NCBI RefSeq assembly: GCF_032444005.1
Contig: NC_091283.1
Coordinates: forward strand, 817,098,001 to 817,162,000
Source of the DNA: Ranitomeya imitator
Lineage: Eukaryota
Reading direction: 5' to 3'
DNA: 64,000 nucleotides
Part shown: piece after piece, positions 39,389 through 53,502 of the stretch
Position numbering within the stretch: position 1 is the first letter of the stretch
Layout: each line of letters begins with the position of its first letter
The notes under the pieces: model-generated
The model's input: the letters and a program-made list of their open reading frames with translations, nothing else
The model's database searches: none
What the model was told of the DNA's origin: nothing
Position numbers and translations under genes: made by a program

Positions 39389-40749
39389 TGACTACACAAC
39401 GTTACATCTACTTTTTCCACCTCAATTCATTGATCAACAGCCAGACGGAGAAATCACCATTTTTAGCCCAACGAAGACCCAACTTGGAAAAACAAGAAAA
39501 CTATATATATTTTCTAACCACCATTTTAATCCATTTTCCTTTCAGCTCAAATAATTTACAACCAGTTTTTTTTTTTTACCATTTGCCTACTCCAAACTTT
39601 TATTTTTTATTTTTTTCAAGCATTTAATTTTTTTTTTTTTTTTCATGGTTTGGCTTCAGCTTTTTTTGCAGTTTGATATTATTTTCGTCGCTGGTCACGG
39701 ACACGAGGTACATTCCTAAGTTCATGTGAGCGTTTGTAGAAAGAAAAAAAAAGAAGTGGTTTTGGAAACGTATTACCCAATCTCGAAGGAATTTACTATG
39801 AGGTCAACTTCCTGTCACTGGGTCCTGCAGATGGGAAACGGCAGAAGTTCGTTGCAAAATTAAATTTATGCATGAATTTCAGGCATATATATGTATACGT
39901 ACGTGTCTGTATATACGAACGTTTAGGTGTGAATATTTCCATATATTTATATACTGTACATGTACAGAACATGGCATAATACAGGGATGAAAAACTTTAT
40001 AAAGGGGGGATTTGCAGATGAAATAGCTTCGATTGTTAAGTGTAACATGATGATTTAGATATCAAAATCGGAGCGCAATTTACAATCTGCTCTGCTGCTC
40101 AAAAAATAAACTAATTTGTTTTTCTGCAATAATGACTAAGGTAAAAGAGAACAAAATATAATAATTAGAGGTTGCCCTGAGCCCAAGAGTCATTATAGCA
40201 TATGACGTATTGTTTATCCCTTTCATATGTACTGAAGATAGGTGTATGTTTTGCCTAGCAACCCAGCACTAATGAGGTTCACAATTAAGAAGGTTGGATC
40301 CTCTCTCCTAGTCTTCTTCTTCCCCAGGGAGGCAGAACTGGCAACATTATAGGTTCAAGTTAGCAAGCTCAGCCCTGTGGTGCTGGTTTTTGGTAGAGGT
40401 CCAAGCTCGTCCTCCTCTCTAATGAGCTATTATGATGTTAGCAAAACACAAGTATTTATTTTTGTAAGCTGCATAAAAAAAAACTATCTGACTGTAAGCA
40501 GGAATGGATTCATGTTTTGTAAAATAATGATAAATTATTATTTTTTTTTAATGTCTATTGTTTGACAAGCAAAAAAAAACAAAAACATTTTATCATCGCG
40601 GAAAGCCAAGAGTAGGCTGTTTGCTGTTTTATCTTCTTCATCGCTGTAAAGATTCTTGCCCGGAACAATAGGCTACAAAAAAAAAAAAACGTTTTAGAAT
40701 CAAGAAAAAAAAAATGTAAACAAACAAATAAAATAGAAACAAGAAGATA

Positions 40750-41450
40750 CAATAAAATAGAAATAGGCAAACACAAAAGAAAAACAACTACAAATCAAAT
40801 ACAAAAAAAAAATTCTAAAAATCTAAATAAACAAATACAACTTAAAGAAATGTATAAAGTGAAATAGAAATAGGCAAACGCAAAAGAAAACAACTACAAA
40901 TCAAATACAAAATTTTTTTTTAAAAAATCTAAATAAACAAACACAACTTAAAGAAATGTATGAAGTGAACTAGAAATAGGCAAACGCAAAAGAAAACAAC
41001 TACAAATCAAATAAAAAAAAATATTCTAAAAATCTAAATAAACAAATACAACTTAAAGAAATGTATAAAATGAACTAGAAATAGGCAAACACAAAAGAAA
41101 ACAACTCCAAATTAAATACAAAAAATATTCTAAAATTATAAACAAAATAAACAAAAACAAGCACAGTTTAAAACAATTTATAAAGATAAATATAAATAAA
41201 CGCAAAAGAAAATAACTAAATTCAATAAAAATATTCTAAAAATATAAATAACCATACAAAATATAACGAAACATATGAAACAGAATATCCGAAAGAAAAT
41301 ACCGTAAGTCAAAATTAAATATAAAAAAATAAAAAATATGAGCAAATAAAATATAAAGAAACCTATAAAATAAAATATAAATAATCAAAAAATAAACAAA
41401 CACAAAAGAAAACAATTCCAAATTAAATAAACAAAATAATAGAAAAAAAA
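40750..41450. repeat. A-rich tandem repeat, about 106 bp unit
   Basis: TAGAAATAGGCAAAC at 40758, 40865, 40971 and 41076, then more degenerate copies. Confidence 0.88.
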
Positions 41451-42035
41451 ATAACCGCTTTCCAGTTTTTAAAAAAAGAAAATGTATAAATTAAAGTTGT
41501 GCTATGTGCGGTAATCTAAAAGCAGGTTAAATATATTAATAATAATATGTACCTGCATGAATCGTCCCCCCCCTGCTAACACCTCATTATCCAATAATCT
41601 AATGTTCACCAGCAGCATGTATACACTCAACCAAGACCATTTCCAAGTAAACTAATTCCCCCTGCTGTTCCAATGGACGTCTGCCATGGAATATCTTCTG
41701 TCCTCGCAAAGCATGGCAAGTGATTGCAACGGTGAAAAAAAAAAAAATGAAACAAACAGTTAAAAAAAAATTAAATGATAAGAAAAAAAATATTAGAAAA
41801 TTTCATGTTTCACAGTTTTATTTATTTTTCTTCCTTGTCACTTTTTTTTTTTTTTTGCAGAAATCACGTACTAATAGCCTAAACCTTAAGCAACTTCTAT
41901 CACAGCCCCACCAGGCCTGCAGCACAGAACTGATTTGCATGCCAAGTACTTGTAATGCAGTTAGGTTTATGCAATAATGACAACTGAATCCAGGCTGCAG
42001 GGTTTTAGTGAGTTAAAGAGAACAGATGGCCCTAA

Positions 42036-42175
42036 NNNNNNNNNNNNNNNNNNNNNNNNNNNNNNNNNNNNNNNNNNNNNNNNNNNNNNNNNNNNNNNNN
42101 NNNNNNNNNNNNNNNNNNNNNNNNNNNNNNNNNNNNNNNNNNNNNNNNNNNNNNNNNNNNNNNNNNNNNNNNNNN
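42036..42175. other. Assembly gap or masked run (140 N)
   Basis: Run of N. Confidence 0.99.
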
Positions 42176-43178
42176 TTGTGAATTCGGGGAAAAAAGGTGA
42201 CACATTCTGTGATATTACTCCAGAGACTCGAGCTGATTAATCAAAACTGCTATAATGAAGATGTTTACTAATAAAAAAATTATACGTGATCCAAGAAAAA
42301 ACAAACAAAAAGTATCAAAAACAAACAAAAAAAAAAGAAAAAGCAGTTGTAACCGGGATTGCAAAAAGTGATCTAAAGAAACAAACAAAAATTCAAATAT
42401 TGACGTCTTTCAAACTATTTCTGCAAATATTGAATATATCCATAATAAAATATGACAAATTTGCTTCTTGTCCGTGATTAATGAACGTTAAACGAGGAGG
42501 TGACACCTACCGGATGTCGAAGATACTCCCTTATTAATTAAGCAAAAAGCGCACTAGTAACGATTTTTGGGATTTTTAATGATAGAGTTGTGTCATTCTG
42601 TGCGAGGGGTCTGCGATAAGATGGGATCAGGCTGTGCCATGCGTGTGGGTTGTGCTTTCGACACCCCAACGTGGAGCCCTGGGATAGGAACGCTTTGCCT
42701 TTTTTTTTTCTCTCTCTCGTTCTCTTCCCCTACTCTTCTGCTTTAGCGCATTGTGCACGTATATCATTAGATCTCTAACACTGTCTGTGTAATTCATTTT
42801 GCTATGGTTCCCATAGAACACATGTTCCTCCTCTATATGTGCATTGAAATGTATGCAAATACAAGCAGGCGGAGGACGGCTAGCGGAATATCCCGAGCCA
42901 GCTTCTGTTTCTTTTCCCACTCCCAGGCACTAGAACTTCCTAGACAATCTGTGTTTTCAGTGAGTCCCAGCTGCCAGATAGAAAACCTCTCGTGCCTGCC
43001 ATAGATTTCGAGTTTCTTTTTTTTTTCCCCCTCCTTTTTTTTTTTCAAGCCTCCAAAGTAAATTTGTTTACTGTAATATTTCTTTTTTTTTTAATTTTTC
43101 TTCTTTTTTTTTTTTGGAGAATTATTTGCCATAATTGGCTGTGCTGATGAAGGTCACTCCCCGTGTGGAGACTTGTCA

Positions 43179-43326
43179 NNNNNNNNNNNNNNNNNNNNNN
43201 NNNNNNNNNNNNNNNNNNNNNNNNNNNNNNNNNNNNNNNNNNNNNNNNNNNNNNNNNNNNNNNNNNNNNNNNNNNNNNNNNNNNNNNNNNNNNNNNNNNN
43301 NNNNNNNNNNNNNNNNNNNNNNNNNN
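43179..43326. other. Assembly gap or masked run (148 N)
   Basis: Run of N. Confidence 0.99.
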
Positions 43327-43549
43327 TGTTCCTCTGTTGCGGAGGGATATGCGCATAGAATGAGCAAATATAACCTCCATTGGTCTAACGTCAAGGCAAA
43401 CAAAGGAAGGTGGCATGTCTGAAGTGCTCCAAACAACAATAGCGAGCGGTGATTAGCCGTAGCGTTAGTTAGGACGAGGACCGACGTTCAACCCTTGTGT
43501 CGCAGCTCCTCGCACATGTTTGCTTTCGAGACACCTGGGCCTTGTTACT

Positions 43550-45390
43550 TGGCTTGAGGACCCATTATACACAGCTTTCGAGTAACTCTTGTAAAAACAT
43601 AAAAAAAAAAACTGTTAAAAAATAAGTAGGTGGCTACGAGGTTAATTTTTCTTAAAGGGGGACTCTCATCAATCCTGGCCTATATAGTAAAAATATTCAT
43701 TCTTAATAAAAATAACAGATCTGGAGAAAATTATACATTTTGTTCTTCTTCCTTTGCTATTCCTCTTGTAAATATAGAAGAAGAAAAAATCACTACTGGG
43801 TGTTATGAGTTGGGGGTGTGTCCCTGACCACTCTGACACCGTCCAATCAGAGATGGGGGGTGTGTCAGATTGTGCAAGGACACACCCTTTTAAAAAGGAG
43901 AATGGTATCAGCCAGTTATTCACTTCTTTATACACCTTTAGGAGGAATAACAGAAGGATGATAGAACACAGAGTTACGGGAAAAGATGTTTGAGGACTTG
44001 TTATGTAAAGCTTTTGAGTAACTCATAAAAATGTCAAGCAAGTGTAAAAAAAAATTAGATGATTCGTGTAGAAATAGGTTTATTTTAAACAGGACCTATG
44101 ACATAGTTACATCAATTGAAAAAAAGACCAAGGTCATTCAAGTCCAAACATTCTCCACCTGTTTACCTATATTCTTCATTAAAAAAAAATCTGAATTTTA
44201 TTATTTTTTTCCTCCTTTCTTTTTGCTGCAAATTTCGAAAAATAAAAATAAAAATCACTTTTGGCTGGTATCAGTTGGGGGGCGGGGTGTCCCTGCACAC
44301 TATGATTCTGTCCAATCAGGACTGACAGTGCCTGATGTGTAGAGACACACCCCCTGTAAAGAGGAATGATGTCACCCAGTTATAGATTTTCAGGAGGAAT
44401 AACAGAGGGATGGTAGGATGCAGACTTATGAGATAAGATGCTTGGATACCTATTATACAGAGCTATTGAGAAACTCTTATAAAAATGTCAAAAGACTGTA
44501 AAAAAATGTAGATTACGGAATTGATACTTGTAGGATAGGTTTACTTTAAATGGGACCTGTCACCCCTCCTGGCAGGTTTAGTAAATACCTATATTAACAG
44601 TTCTGTATAATTTTTTTGTGTTCTTCCTCATTTATTCCTCTTGGAAATGTAGAAAAAAAATAAAAGATTCACAATTGGCTGTTATCAATTAGGGGTGTGT
44701 CCCTTTACACTCATACTGTCCAATCAGGGCAGAATGTTCAAGGGCACACCCCTTTGAAAAGGAGGATGATGTAATCCAGTTGTTACATTTTCAGGAGGAA
44801 TAACAGAGGGACGGTAGAACACAAAGTTATAAGATAAGATGCTTGAATACCTATTATACAAAGCTGTTGAGAAATTCATAAAAATGTTAAAAAAAAATGA
44901 CTACGGGATTGATTGTTGTACGTTTACTTTAAATAGGATTTGTTGGACATCCTGGAAAGTTTAGTAAATATCTATGTTCTCCATAAATTATCCATTCTGG
45001 ATAATTTTTGGACTTTTTTCCGCTGTTATTTCACTTGAAAATTTAGAAACAAAAACATATTCACAATTGGGTTTTATAACTTGGGGGTGTGTCTCTATAC
45101 ACTGATAGTGTCCAATCAGAGCTCGAAATGTCAGAATGTTGAGGGACAAGGAGGATGCCAATTAGGGGTGTGTCCCTTTACACTCATGCTGTCCAATCAG
45201 GGCAGAATGTTTAAGGACACACCCCTTTGAAAAGGAGAATGATGTCATCCAGTTGTTTCATTTTCAGGAGCAATAACAGAGGGATGGTAGAACACAAAGT
45301 TATGAGAAAACATGTTATTTGAGGGGGGGGGGGGGAATGCAAGCATTTACGAAAACAGACATGTCAAGAAGGATGACAGGTTCTTTTTAA
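43550..45390. repeat. Four-copy tandem array (about 380-460 bp) built from a T2-type MITE plus its host flank
   Basis: TTAA-initiated left ends at 43652, 44085, 44546 and 44929; shared GGGTGTGTCCCT, TCCAATCAG and AGGAGGAATAACAGA; only the last copy has the right TIR GATGACAGGTTCTTT|TTAA (45387). Confidence 0.8.
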
Positions 45391-46129
45391 CATGAACTCA
45401 ATGTCCTGAAGCCTAGACCTATACCCCAAGTCAACACATTCGTATAACAGAGATGCAGCATCCATTGCAGCATGCTAAGTAGATGTCAGCGAGCGTGGCG
45501 CTCTCCAAAGAGACAACAGCATAGGAACAACAACAAAAGGAGCATTTATATTGTCTGGAGGACAATCAATAATACAGTACTGTCAAACCAACCCCTGCAG
45601 GTGAGATATGGAGGAAGGGAATATACTTGTAATAGGGAAAGTGTATATCTTAGGATCTGCTCCTTTGCATGAAAGTCAGCATACAAAAGACCATCAAAGC
45701 TGGTAAAAAAGGTCTGTCAACACCGTGTAAAAGGAAGGCTGATCAAAGTGAAGAACAAAGCCCTTCTCGCCCAGGCTGAGCAGCCTTCAGCCCCAGCCTC
45801 GCCACAGTTTTACAGGCTGCTGTGAGCCTGGAGTGACTAGTGCGGCTTGTGCCGCTTACCCCACCAGAGCATTGTAATAACTCATGCAAATGTGAAGACT
45901 CTAGAGACAAAGAGAGGTCAAGTAAATGGCCCAGGGATTCATGTCGACAAACAATATTAGATGTAAAATGTGTACCTTTGACAGAAGTATTAATATAGAG
46001 CTTTTGATTTTTTTTTCCCCCCAACATGAAAACTGAAAAGTAGTAATTATAGAATGGAGGAAGAAAATTAAGTTTTGAACCAAAGGCAAAGATCGCTGAT
46101 GGGAAAAAAAAAAAAAATCACCCAACCCA

Positions 46130-46380
46130 ATTAGCTGCTTACAAAGAATCCGAATTCTGCACATTTGCTGTTCCATTTCATTCAACAAGCCTGTGATTGA
46201 CTGCGCTTAGATCTGTACAGTAAAGCAGATAAATCGACATGCCACATGCACGCGGCGCTTAATCATTTGTAATAGCCATATTTGCTTTGACACGTAATTT
46301 GCCGTATTAAGCCATTTTTCTTACTCACTGGCAATCTACTTGGCCTTTGCTTTATAAAACATGTAACAGTTCCCTTTAAA
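46130..46380. promoter_or_regulatory. Candidate conserved non-coding element upstream of exon 9
   Basis: Unique, CpG-retaining, motif-dense block. Conservation was not tested. Confidence 0.35.
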
Positions 46381-46564
46381 TACATTTCCATGCTGATGTA
46401 TGACTGTTCCTTTCTTTATTTTATGAATGCCTTGAACAAAAAAAAAAACTTCATGCATTTGTTTTTAGTTCTTTTTTTTTTCTTTTATATATCTTTGTTA
46501 TACACTTTTTTTTTTCTCCTTTGGAACATGATTTGTCATTTGCCATCGAGGATACGTTCTATAG

Positions 46565-46867
<303 letters not shown>

Positions 46868-47371
46868 TGACAAGCGGTATCAAGAGGCTTTATATCAAAC
46901 TATCTTTTTATCCATGTGGTGGGAGAGCTCGGACAACGCAAACCGAGGCACGTCTAGGCCCCCTGGTGGAAATCCACAACAGGCCTTTCAGCACAATTGA
47001 CCAATTAGTGTTAAAAATTATTAGGAGCCGACATGGGTGTTGCCATATGGAGGCAATTTTCATGTAAATCGTGCCCTGTGGCCTTTCCTGCAAACCCAAT
47101 TCAAGGATAACTCGCAGCCTATTTTACTTGTTCCTCCCCTAGCAAATCTTTTGGTCTACCATGAGTTTTTTTTTCCCACTTTCAATGAATATATAGATTG
47201 CTAATTATTCACAACAGCCAAATAAATCATCTATGTAGCGAGTCTATTCCATCTTAAAATGGAAGCAGTCTCAAAGAGTTAAATAAAAAAAATTAGTTGC
47301 GTCTTTTTTGAAGACATATATAGACCCCCTAAGACTTTTTTTTCTGTTTTCCGCTTTTTCCTCCCTATTAG

Positions 47372-47468
47372 CTGACTATCACCCCATGTTATAAGAGTCC
47401 AAACATTCCTGGCGTTGTCGAAGTCACACTTTTCAACAAATCCAAACAATTCTGTAAAGGCGCCCCTG
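47372..47468 (+). pseudogene. ebf3: Degenerate tandem duplicate (pseudo-exon) of ebf3 exon 10
   Basis: Same CCCTATTAG acceptor (47370-47371). Aligns to the true exon with about 8 substitutions, a +1 insertion and a 13-nt deletion; homology stops at GGCGCCCCTG, before the donor. The upstream intron (about 47196-47371) duplicates 47492-47692. Confidence 0.9.
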
Positions 47469-47692
47469 TATATATAGATATAGCAGAACTGGATTGCTAA
47501 TTAGTCACAACACTCTATTTAGCGAGTCTACTGCATCTTAAAATGGAAGCCGAAATAGCCTCAAAGAGTTAAACAAAAAATCAATTTTTTTTAAAAAAAT
47601 GTAAGAATTGAATAAAAAATTAAATTGTGCCTTTTTGGAAGATATATTTGTCCCTAAAACTTTGTGTGTTTTTTTTTCTTCTTCCCTATTAG

Positions 47693-47830
<138 letters not shown>

Positions 47831-50704
47831 TAAATCTTATAGATTTGCATGCTTGATATGCAAAATATGCAAAATGTATTGCTGCTAATAACATTTTTTC
47901 ATGATGGGGGCAGCTGCAATTTTTAGACCCAGCGAATGACGTGTTGTTTTTTTTCCAGTAGAGAAGGGATGTTGTACTGTGAGCATCTGGTTCCTATCAC
48001 AGTATATTGTGTTCTCAGCCACAGTAACATTTAACCTTCTCAGTATGAGATGTAACATAGGGCAACGATGCCTCCAGATAATGAAAGGGGAGAGTGGTGT
48101 GATAACCAGGCGCTTTATAAAGTACTTAAATCTGAAGTGCTCAGTAAATAGAAGGAGAATAAGGTCCTCTTTATTTTTCGAGGTTCTTACAGTAACAAAT
48201 ACTGACGGCACAGTTTCTCATTATACTAAGAAAGGACAAACCCCAGACTATCCGTTCTGTATTGCCTGCTCCTTTCAACAATTATAAAGATACAATTACC
48301 TTGGGAGAATGTGGCAGTTCAGTTGATTAGCACGGTGAATTAAAAGAGTGAGTCACAAATGACATGTCCAGCTATTTTCTACAGGTCCTTTGTATTCCCA
48401 GTGCACCTCACCCTGTTGTAAGAAGGTCAAAAATTAGAGAGAGAGATAACAGTTTCCAAGCAGCTTGCACTTAAGAGAAGAATTAACAATCATTCTGTAT
48501 GTAATTGCCAGTTAATAGTATATTGCCTTCTAGATTGAAGCGAATAAGTGGCGATATACTGGTACTAAGTAACATTGGATCAGTCTGCTATTTTACTAAT
48601 CACACAGCGAGGGGAGTGGGGTGAGGTGGGGGTCTTACAATGTATTTTTTAATTTAAGCCGGAATAGTATTAGTAGTATAGCAAACCTTATTTAAAAGGG
48701 AGAATTTGTTGGGCAGTTGTGTATTCTGAGCAGATTCGGAGCTGTATACTGATGAACTGGTCTCAGTGATGGTACCTGATGCATTGTAATTACTGCAAAT
48801 GAGAAAATCTGTAAATATTAAGTTTTCCGAAATTTGATTCGTTTACGTGCACTAGGAATGTTTAACTTGACACCGCCATATACCCAAAGTTCTGGAGTAT
48901 GAATGACGTGTTTTACTTTACATTGTTATGTGTGAATATAGACCAAGAACATCACTAGAAAGTCTTCCTCTTGTCTGCTGCCCGCTCACTATAGGCTGGT
49001 TATATTGCATCTGGTCGTTGTGAGCATTATCGTATTAATAATGTAAAATTGTAGTGAAAGAAATATTACAATAAATCTAGAAAGAAGTAAGTTAGGCTTC
49101 TTGAAAAACTTTGAAAGCCCTCGTCTTTTGTACCACACCCCAAATCAGACGCTTAAAAGCCCCCATACACTTTAGACTAAAGTGGGCCGAACTCACCGAT
49201 ACCAGCCTAACGTGTATGGGGGCCTCTTGACTCTGTCCGGACAAATAATTTTGAGAGAGAGACAGATCCAGCCTATTAGATTACCAATGGCTGGATTGAG
49301 CGTTCCTTTGTATGGGAGAGATAGTTATCGGCCAATTGATCATTTGACTGCTATCTATGGAATGCTTTACTCCTACCCCAGGTCAGCCACTAAAGGCAGA
49401 CTTCAGATATGACATAAAAAATAAGGGGCCAAAACAAAACCCACCTAAAAAAATGACTTCTTCACGCTCCTGTCTTAATGGCAACCAATGGGCATGTAAG
49501 CTCTGAAAGACTCAAAGTCTTTACTGTTCAGCTACAAGACCATGTGTGATGGGTCTTGGATTTCGAGTCCTGACCAGAGCTGTATCCACTTTGACTCCAA
49601 TAGTTACACTGCTGCCCAAGACTATTGTGGATACATTTTTTGGCTATGTTGCCATGCACACAGGGGAGTTACATCCAAGGAGCTTCAATGAAGGGTCCAT
49701 AGTTTGAGACCATATTATTGATATATTCTCTCTTCTACAGGAGATACTCTGGTAGTGTTCTCTCTTTTGGAGCATGTACATTTCCCCATCAGGTTCATAT
49801 GAATCTAAGATAAGAATCATCTGCTTGTCTCCATATGAAATCACAGTTATAAGCTACAGTACCCCCATGGGTGACACATTCTGGATCTGAAAAGATCATA
49901 GATTTTATGGAACTATGAAATGTTCAATGGTGGCTTGAAAAATTATGTACAAATCTGCAATACAGACTCCACTCCATTTATATGTTATCAATACTGGATA
50001 GATTACAAAAGGGCCATTATTAATTTATGTGTAAACAAAGCAGAGAACATAAAGCCCTTATTCGCGGATTATATTGGCTCTGAATTTTTTGGAGGCACAT
50101 GCTGATCCATTGATTAAATATGGAAAGTGGAGCTGAGCAGCACATTCATAATGTCAGGAAATTGTTCTAATAAATTAACTTGTGAAAACGTTTCTCCTAA
50201 AGTTGAAGATATGTCTTCTCCAATTCAAACACAACACTACATCCATCAAGCAGGGTATTTATAAAGTGCAGGCAGCTTCTAGGACTAAGTTTGGCTGAAC
50301 ACATTGTTCTTCTCAAGCTGTAAATCCCACAGAGTCTGGTGGTGCCCAGTTTGACTGGAATTGAGACTTTGAAGTTACTGGTTACAATGTATCACGGTAG
50401 AACCTACCAATGAACAAGACTATGATTTTGAGTGTGGCCATTTTAACCAGCATGGGCTGGGAAATTCTTTCTCAGGCAGCTGTTCTGGTCAGTGGTTGAT
50501 ATTTAGTGTAAAAGTCTCATACACTGTAGATAATTATTCCTCCCTTCTTCCCCATACTTAGGAGCACTCCTGTGTTCTCTACGAGGGATCTGCTACCAGG
50601 TTTCTCAAGCGGTGGCTTTTCTACAGGAGATCAACAAAAAAACTCATTTGAAAGTCCAGAGCTAATCCTCCTGTCCCCAGTCATCACCTGCCAGGGGATA
50701 GTTA

Positions 50705-51398
50705 AGGTACCGTCACATTTAGCGACGCTGCAGCGATCTAGACAACGATGGCGATCGCTGCAGCGTCACTGTGTGGTCGCTGGAGAGCTGTCACACGGAC
50801 AGCACTCCAGCGACCAACGATCCCGAAGTCCCCCCGCGCTTAGTAACCCGATGTTTACCCTGGTTACCATTGTAAATGTAAAAAAAAACACTACATACTT
50901 GCATTCCGGTGTCTGGTCACGTCCCTCGCCTTCAGCTTCCCGTACTGACTGAGCGCCGACCGTAAAGCACAGCGGTGACGTCACCGCTGTGCTCTGCTTT
51001 ATGGCCGGCCGGTGCTCACAGTCATTGCGGGAAGCTGAAGGCGAGGGACGTGACCAGACACAGGAATGTAAGTATGTAGTGGTTTTTTTTTACATTTACA
51101 ATGGTAACCAGGGTAAACATCGGGTTACTAAGCGCAGCCCTGCGCTTAGTAACCCGATGTTTACCCTGGTTACCAGTGAAGACATCGCTGAATCGGTGTC
51201 ACACACGCCGATTCAGCGATGTCAGCGGGAGATCCAGCGACGAAGTAAAGTCCTGGACTTTCCCCAGCAACCAACGATCTCCCAGCAGGGGCCTGATCGT
51301 TGTTCGCTGCCACGCATAACGATTTAGTTAACGATATCGTTGCTACGTCACAAAAAGCAACGATATCGTTAACAATATCGTTATGTGTGACGGTACCT
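50705..51398. mobile_element. PIF/Harbinger-type MITE, long form (694 bp), inverted relative to 24875-25600
   Basis: TTA duplication at 50702-50704 and 51399-51401; TIR AGGTACCGTCACA / TGTGACGGTACCT; appears nested in an older MITE at about 50512-51480. Confidence 0.88.
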
Positions 51399-53153
51399 TT
51401 AGGAAGCCCCCATAGACTGTCGGTCCAACTTACCAATATAGGTGGAGTTGCCAACTGTAATCTAATGTGTATGGGGGCCTTTAAACCAATTATTTGTGAA
51501 GCCCCTTTGTGGTTCTCAAAAACATAATCCAAAGCCAAGACAAGGTCTTAAATATTATCCATTGGGCTGCTCTCATCTACGTAGCCTTTGAGTCATGCCC
51601 TTCCATCTAATTTATACGACTATATAATTCCGGCCATACACATTAGATGTCTGTTGGTCGAAACATGGCTGACAGCAAACTCTCATACGCAGGAGTGCAC
51701 ATTCGTCTGAGCGTTTCTGTGTTCTCTATGAGAAAGTAGCTGACTCACTTGTCGGTCAGTGGCTAAACTCAAGGAGAACAATGTGATCTGAAGTCCAAAA
51801 TTGGACATGCCTGTTTGACACCACTCTTGACTATCATTTGGCCAGTGACCCCATACATATAAGATTGTCGGCCAAACCCATCAATATCGGCAGGTTCGGT
51901 TGACATAAGCCTAATGTGTTTGTACAGTTTAAGGCATCTGATACTATTACAGTTTCTAGAGTCATCCTCCATTTTTTCCAGACTTCTGAATGGCAACCTT
52001 ACCTTTTTAGGCAGTTATTTCTTCCTTCTTACTATGTTGGCTGACTTACCATTCAGGCTACTAGGAAATCTGGGTGTCAAGTCTAGCAGGACATATAATG
52101 TTGGCCATTTTGATTTCCCCTGGCTTGTCTGAAACATTTAAATTACTAGCAAAATTTTAGAATTTTTTAAGGAAATACTTTTTGTGTTGCAGCAGGATGT
52201 CGTCGATATACCCTGCATAATGCTTCTATTTCACTTTCAGTAATATCTCTTCTGGTAACATATGTATTTGATTTCTGGCCTGCAGCACATGACACAATTT
52301 ATCTTCTATTCCACTTGAGAAACATGAGATGTGGCCGCTTTAATGATCTTTTGTGCGCATTCAAATGTGATTCTATCACTGACACCGCCACACAGTTTGG
52401 AGTCAATAGTCTTTCCCATCACAGGCAAGACAAACTAGCTGTCTCATAGGTCAGCGCACTTTAAACAAATAACTTGTATTCGCTGAGCAAATGACTGCTA
52501 ATTACCTCCCACAAATCATAGGATTTTTATTCTATCATAATTCACAGCTACTTCATTTGTTCAGCTTACCGCACGCTCTGGCTTCTGCACATTGTGACTT
52601 TGGCAGTATGGCTGGGACACTGGGTCAGATTCTGGGGTACATGTGGATACAAAAAAATTAACATTTATAACATAAATATTCACACTTACTTAACAAGCCA
52701 AATTCTTTTAATCAGGCATCCTATAATGTGACATAAATGTGGTAAACCCTTAAGATAGAAAATGAACATATACCCTGCTGTAAGTAAAAATCAATAGTGC
52801 ATATCAATAGCAGAGGGTACATAGTAAACACAGTTTCTGATAAAAAAAAAAGCGCAAAAACCATCCCACCGCGACAAGGCGTACACAAATCAGGATGGTC
52901 CTACTCTGTCTCTAGTATTAAAACCATGTGTCAAAAATGACCTTAATATGAGCAGGACCGCCTAACCATAATGTGGCACATCCAGTACTCTGTTATTTGG
53001 TTCTATTATAAAACTGCCTAATAATTTAGAAAACTGACGAGCGATGACTGATCGATGACTTACAATAATTTTGGTCTGAATGCATAATTTTATAGGGAGC
53101 AAATATTAATAATAGCGCAGTGTCAAACGGTGCTTACCAGTTAGATCTCTTAA

Positions 53154-53502
53154 AGGGAACCTGTCATGTTGAACATAATTTCTGATATCATCATTTTATG
53201 GAAAGGGAGCAGCTGAGCAGTTTAATATATAGTTTTGTGGGAAAAGATTTAGTAGATCTTGTATTTTATATTAAATCCTACACTTTTTATGCTTAGGAGT
53301 CCAGTGGGCAGTCCTAATCTGTGTCAGTGAGTAGGACCGCCCACTGGACTACTAAGCATAGAAAGAGCAGGGATTTAAATGAATTAATTACAAGTAATTA
53401 TGACTCTTTCCCCACAAAGTTATGTATCAATCTGCTCAGCTCATCCTGCTCTATGGCATTCTCCTAGCAGATCTGACACTTGTCCAATAGGTTGGTTTCC
53501 CT
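53154..53502. mobile_element. T2/Kolobok-type MITE
   Basis: TTAA|AGGGAACC ... TTTCCCT|TTAA; internal AGTCCAGTGGGC..GCCCACTGGACT palindrome; related fragment near 14780-15090. Confidence 0.75.

Noticed and set aside
45321-45335. Poly-G run (possible G-quadruplex)
   Set aside because: A homopolymer expansion inside a MITE-derived repeat; common and error-prone in assemblies.
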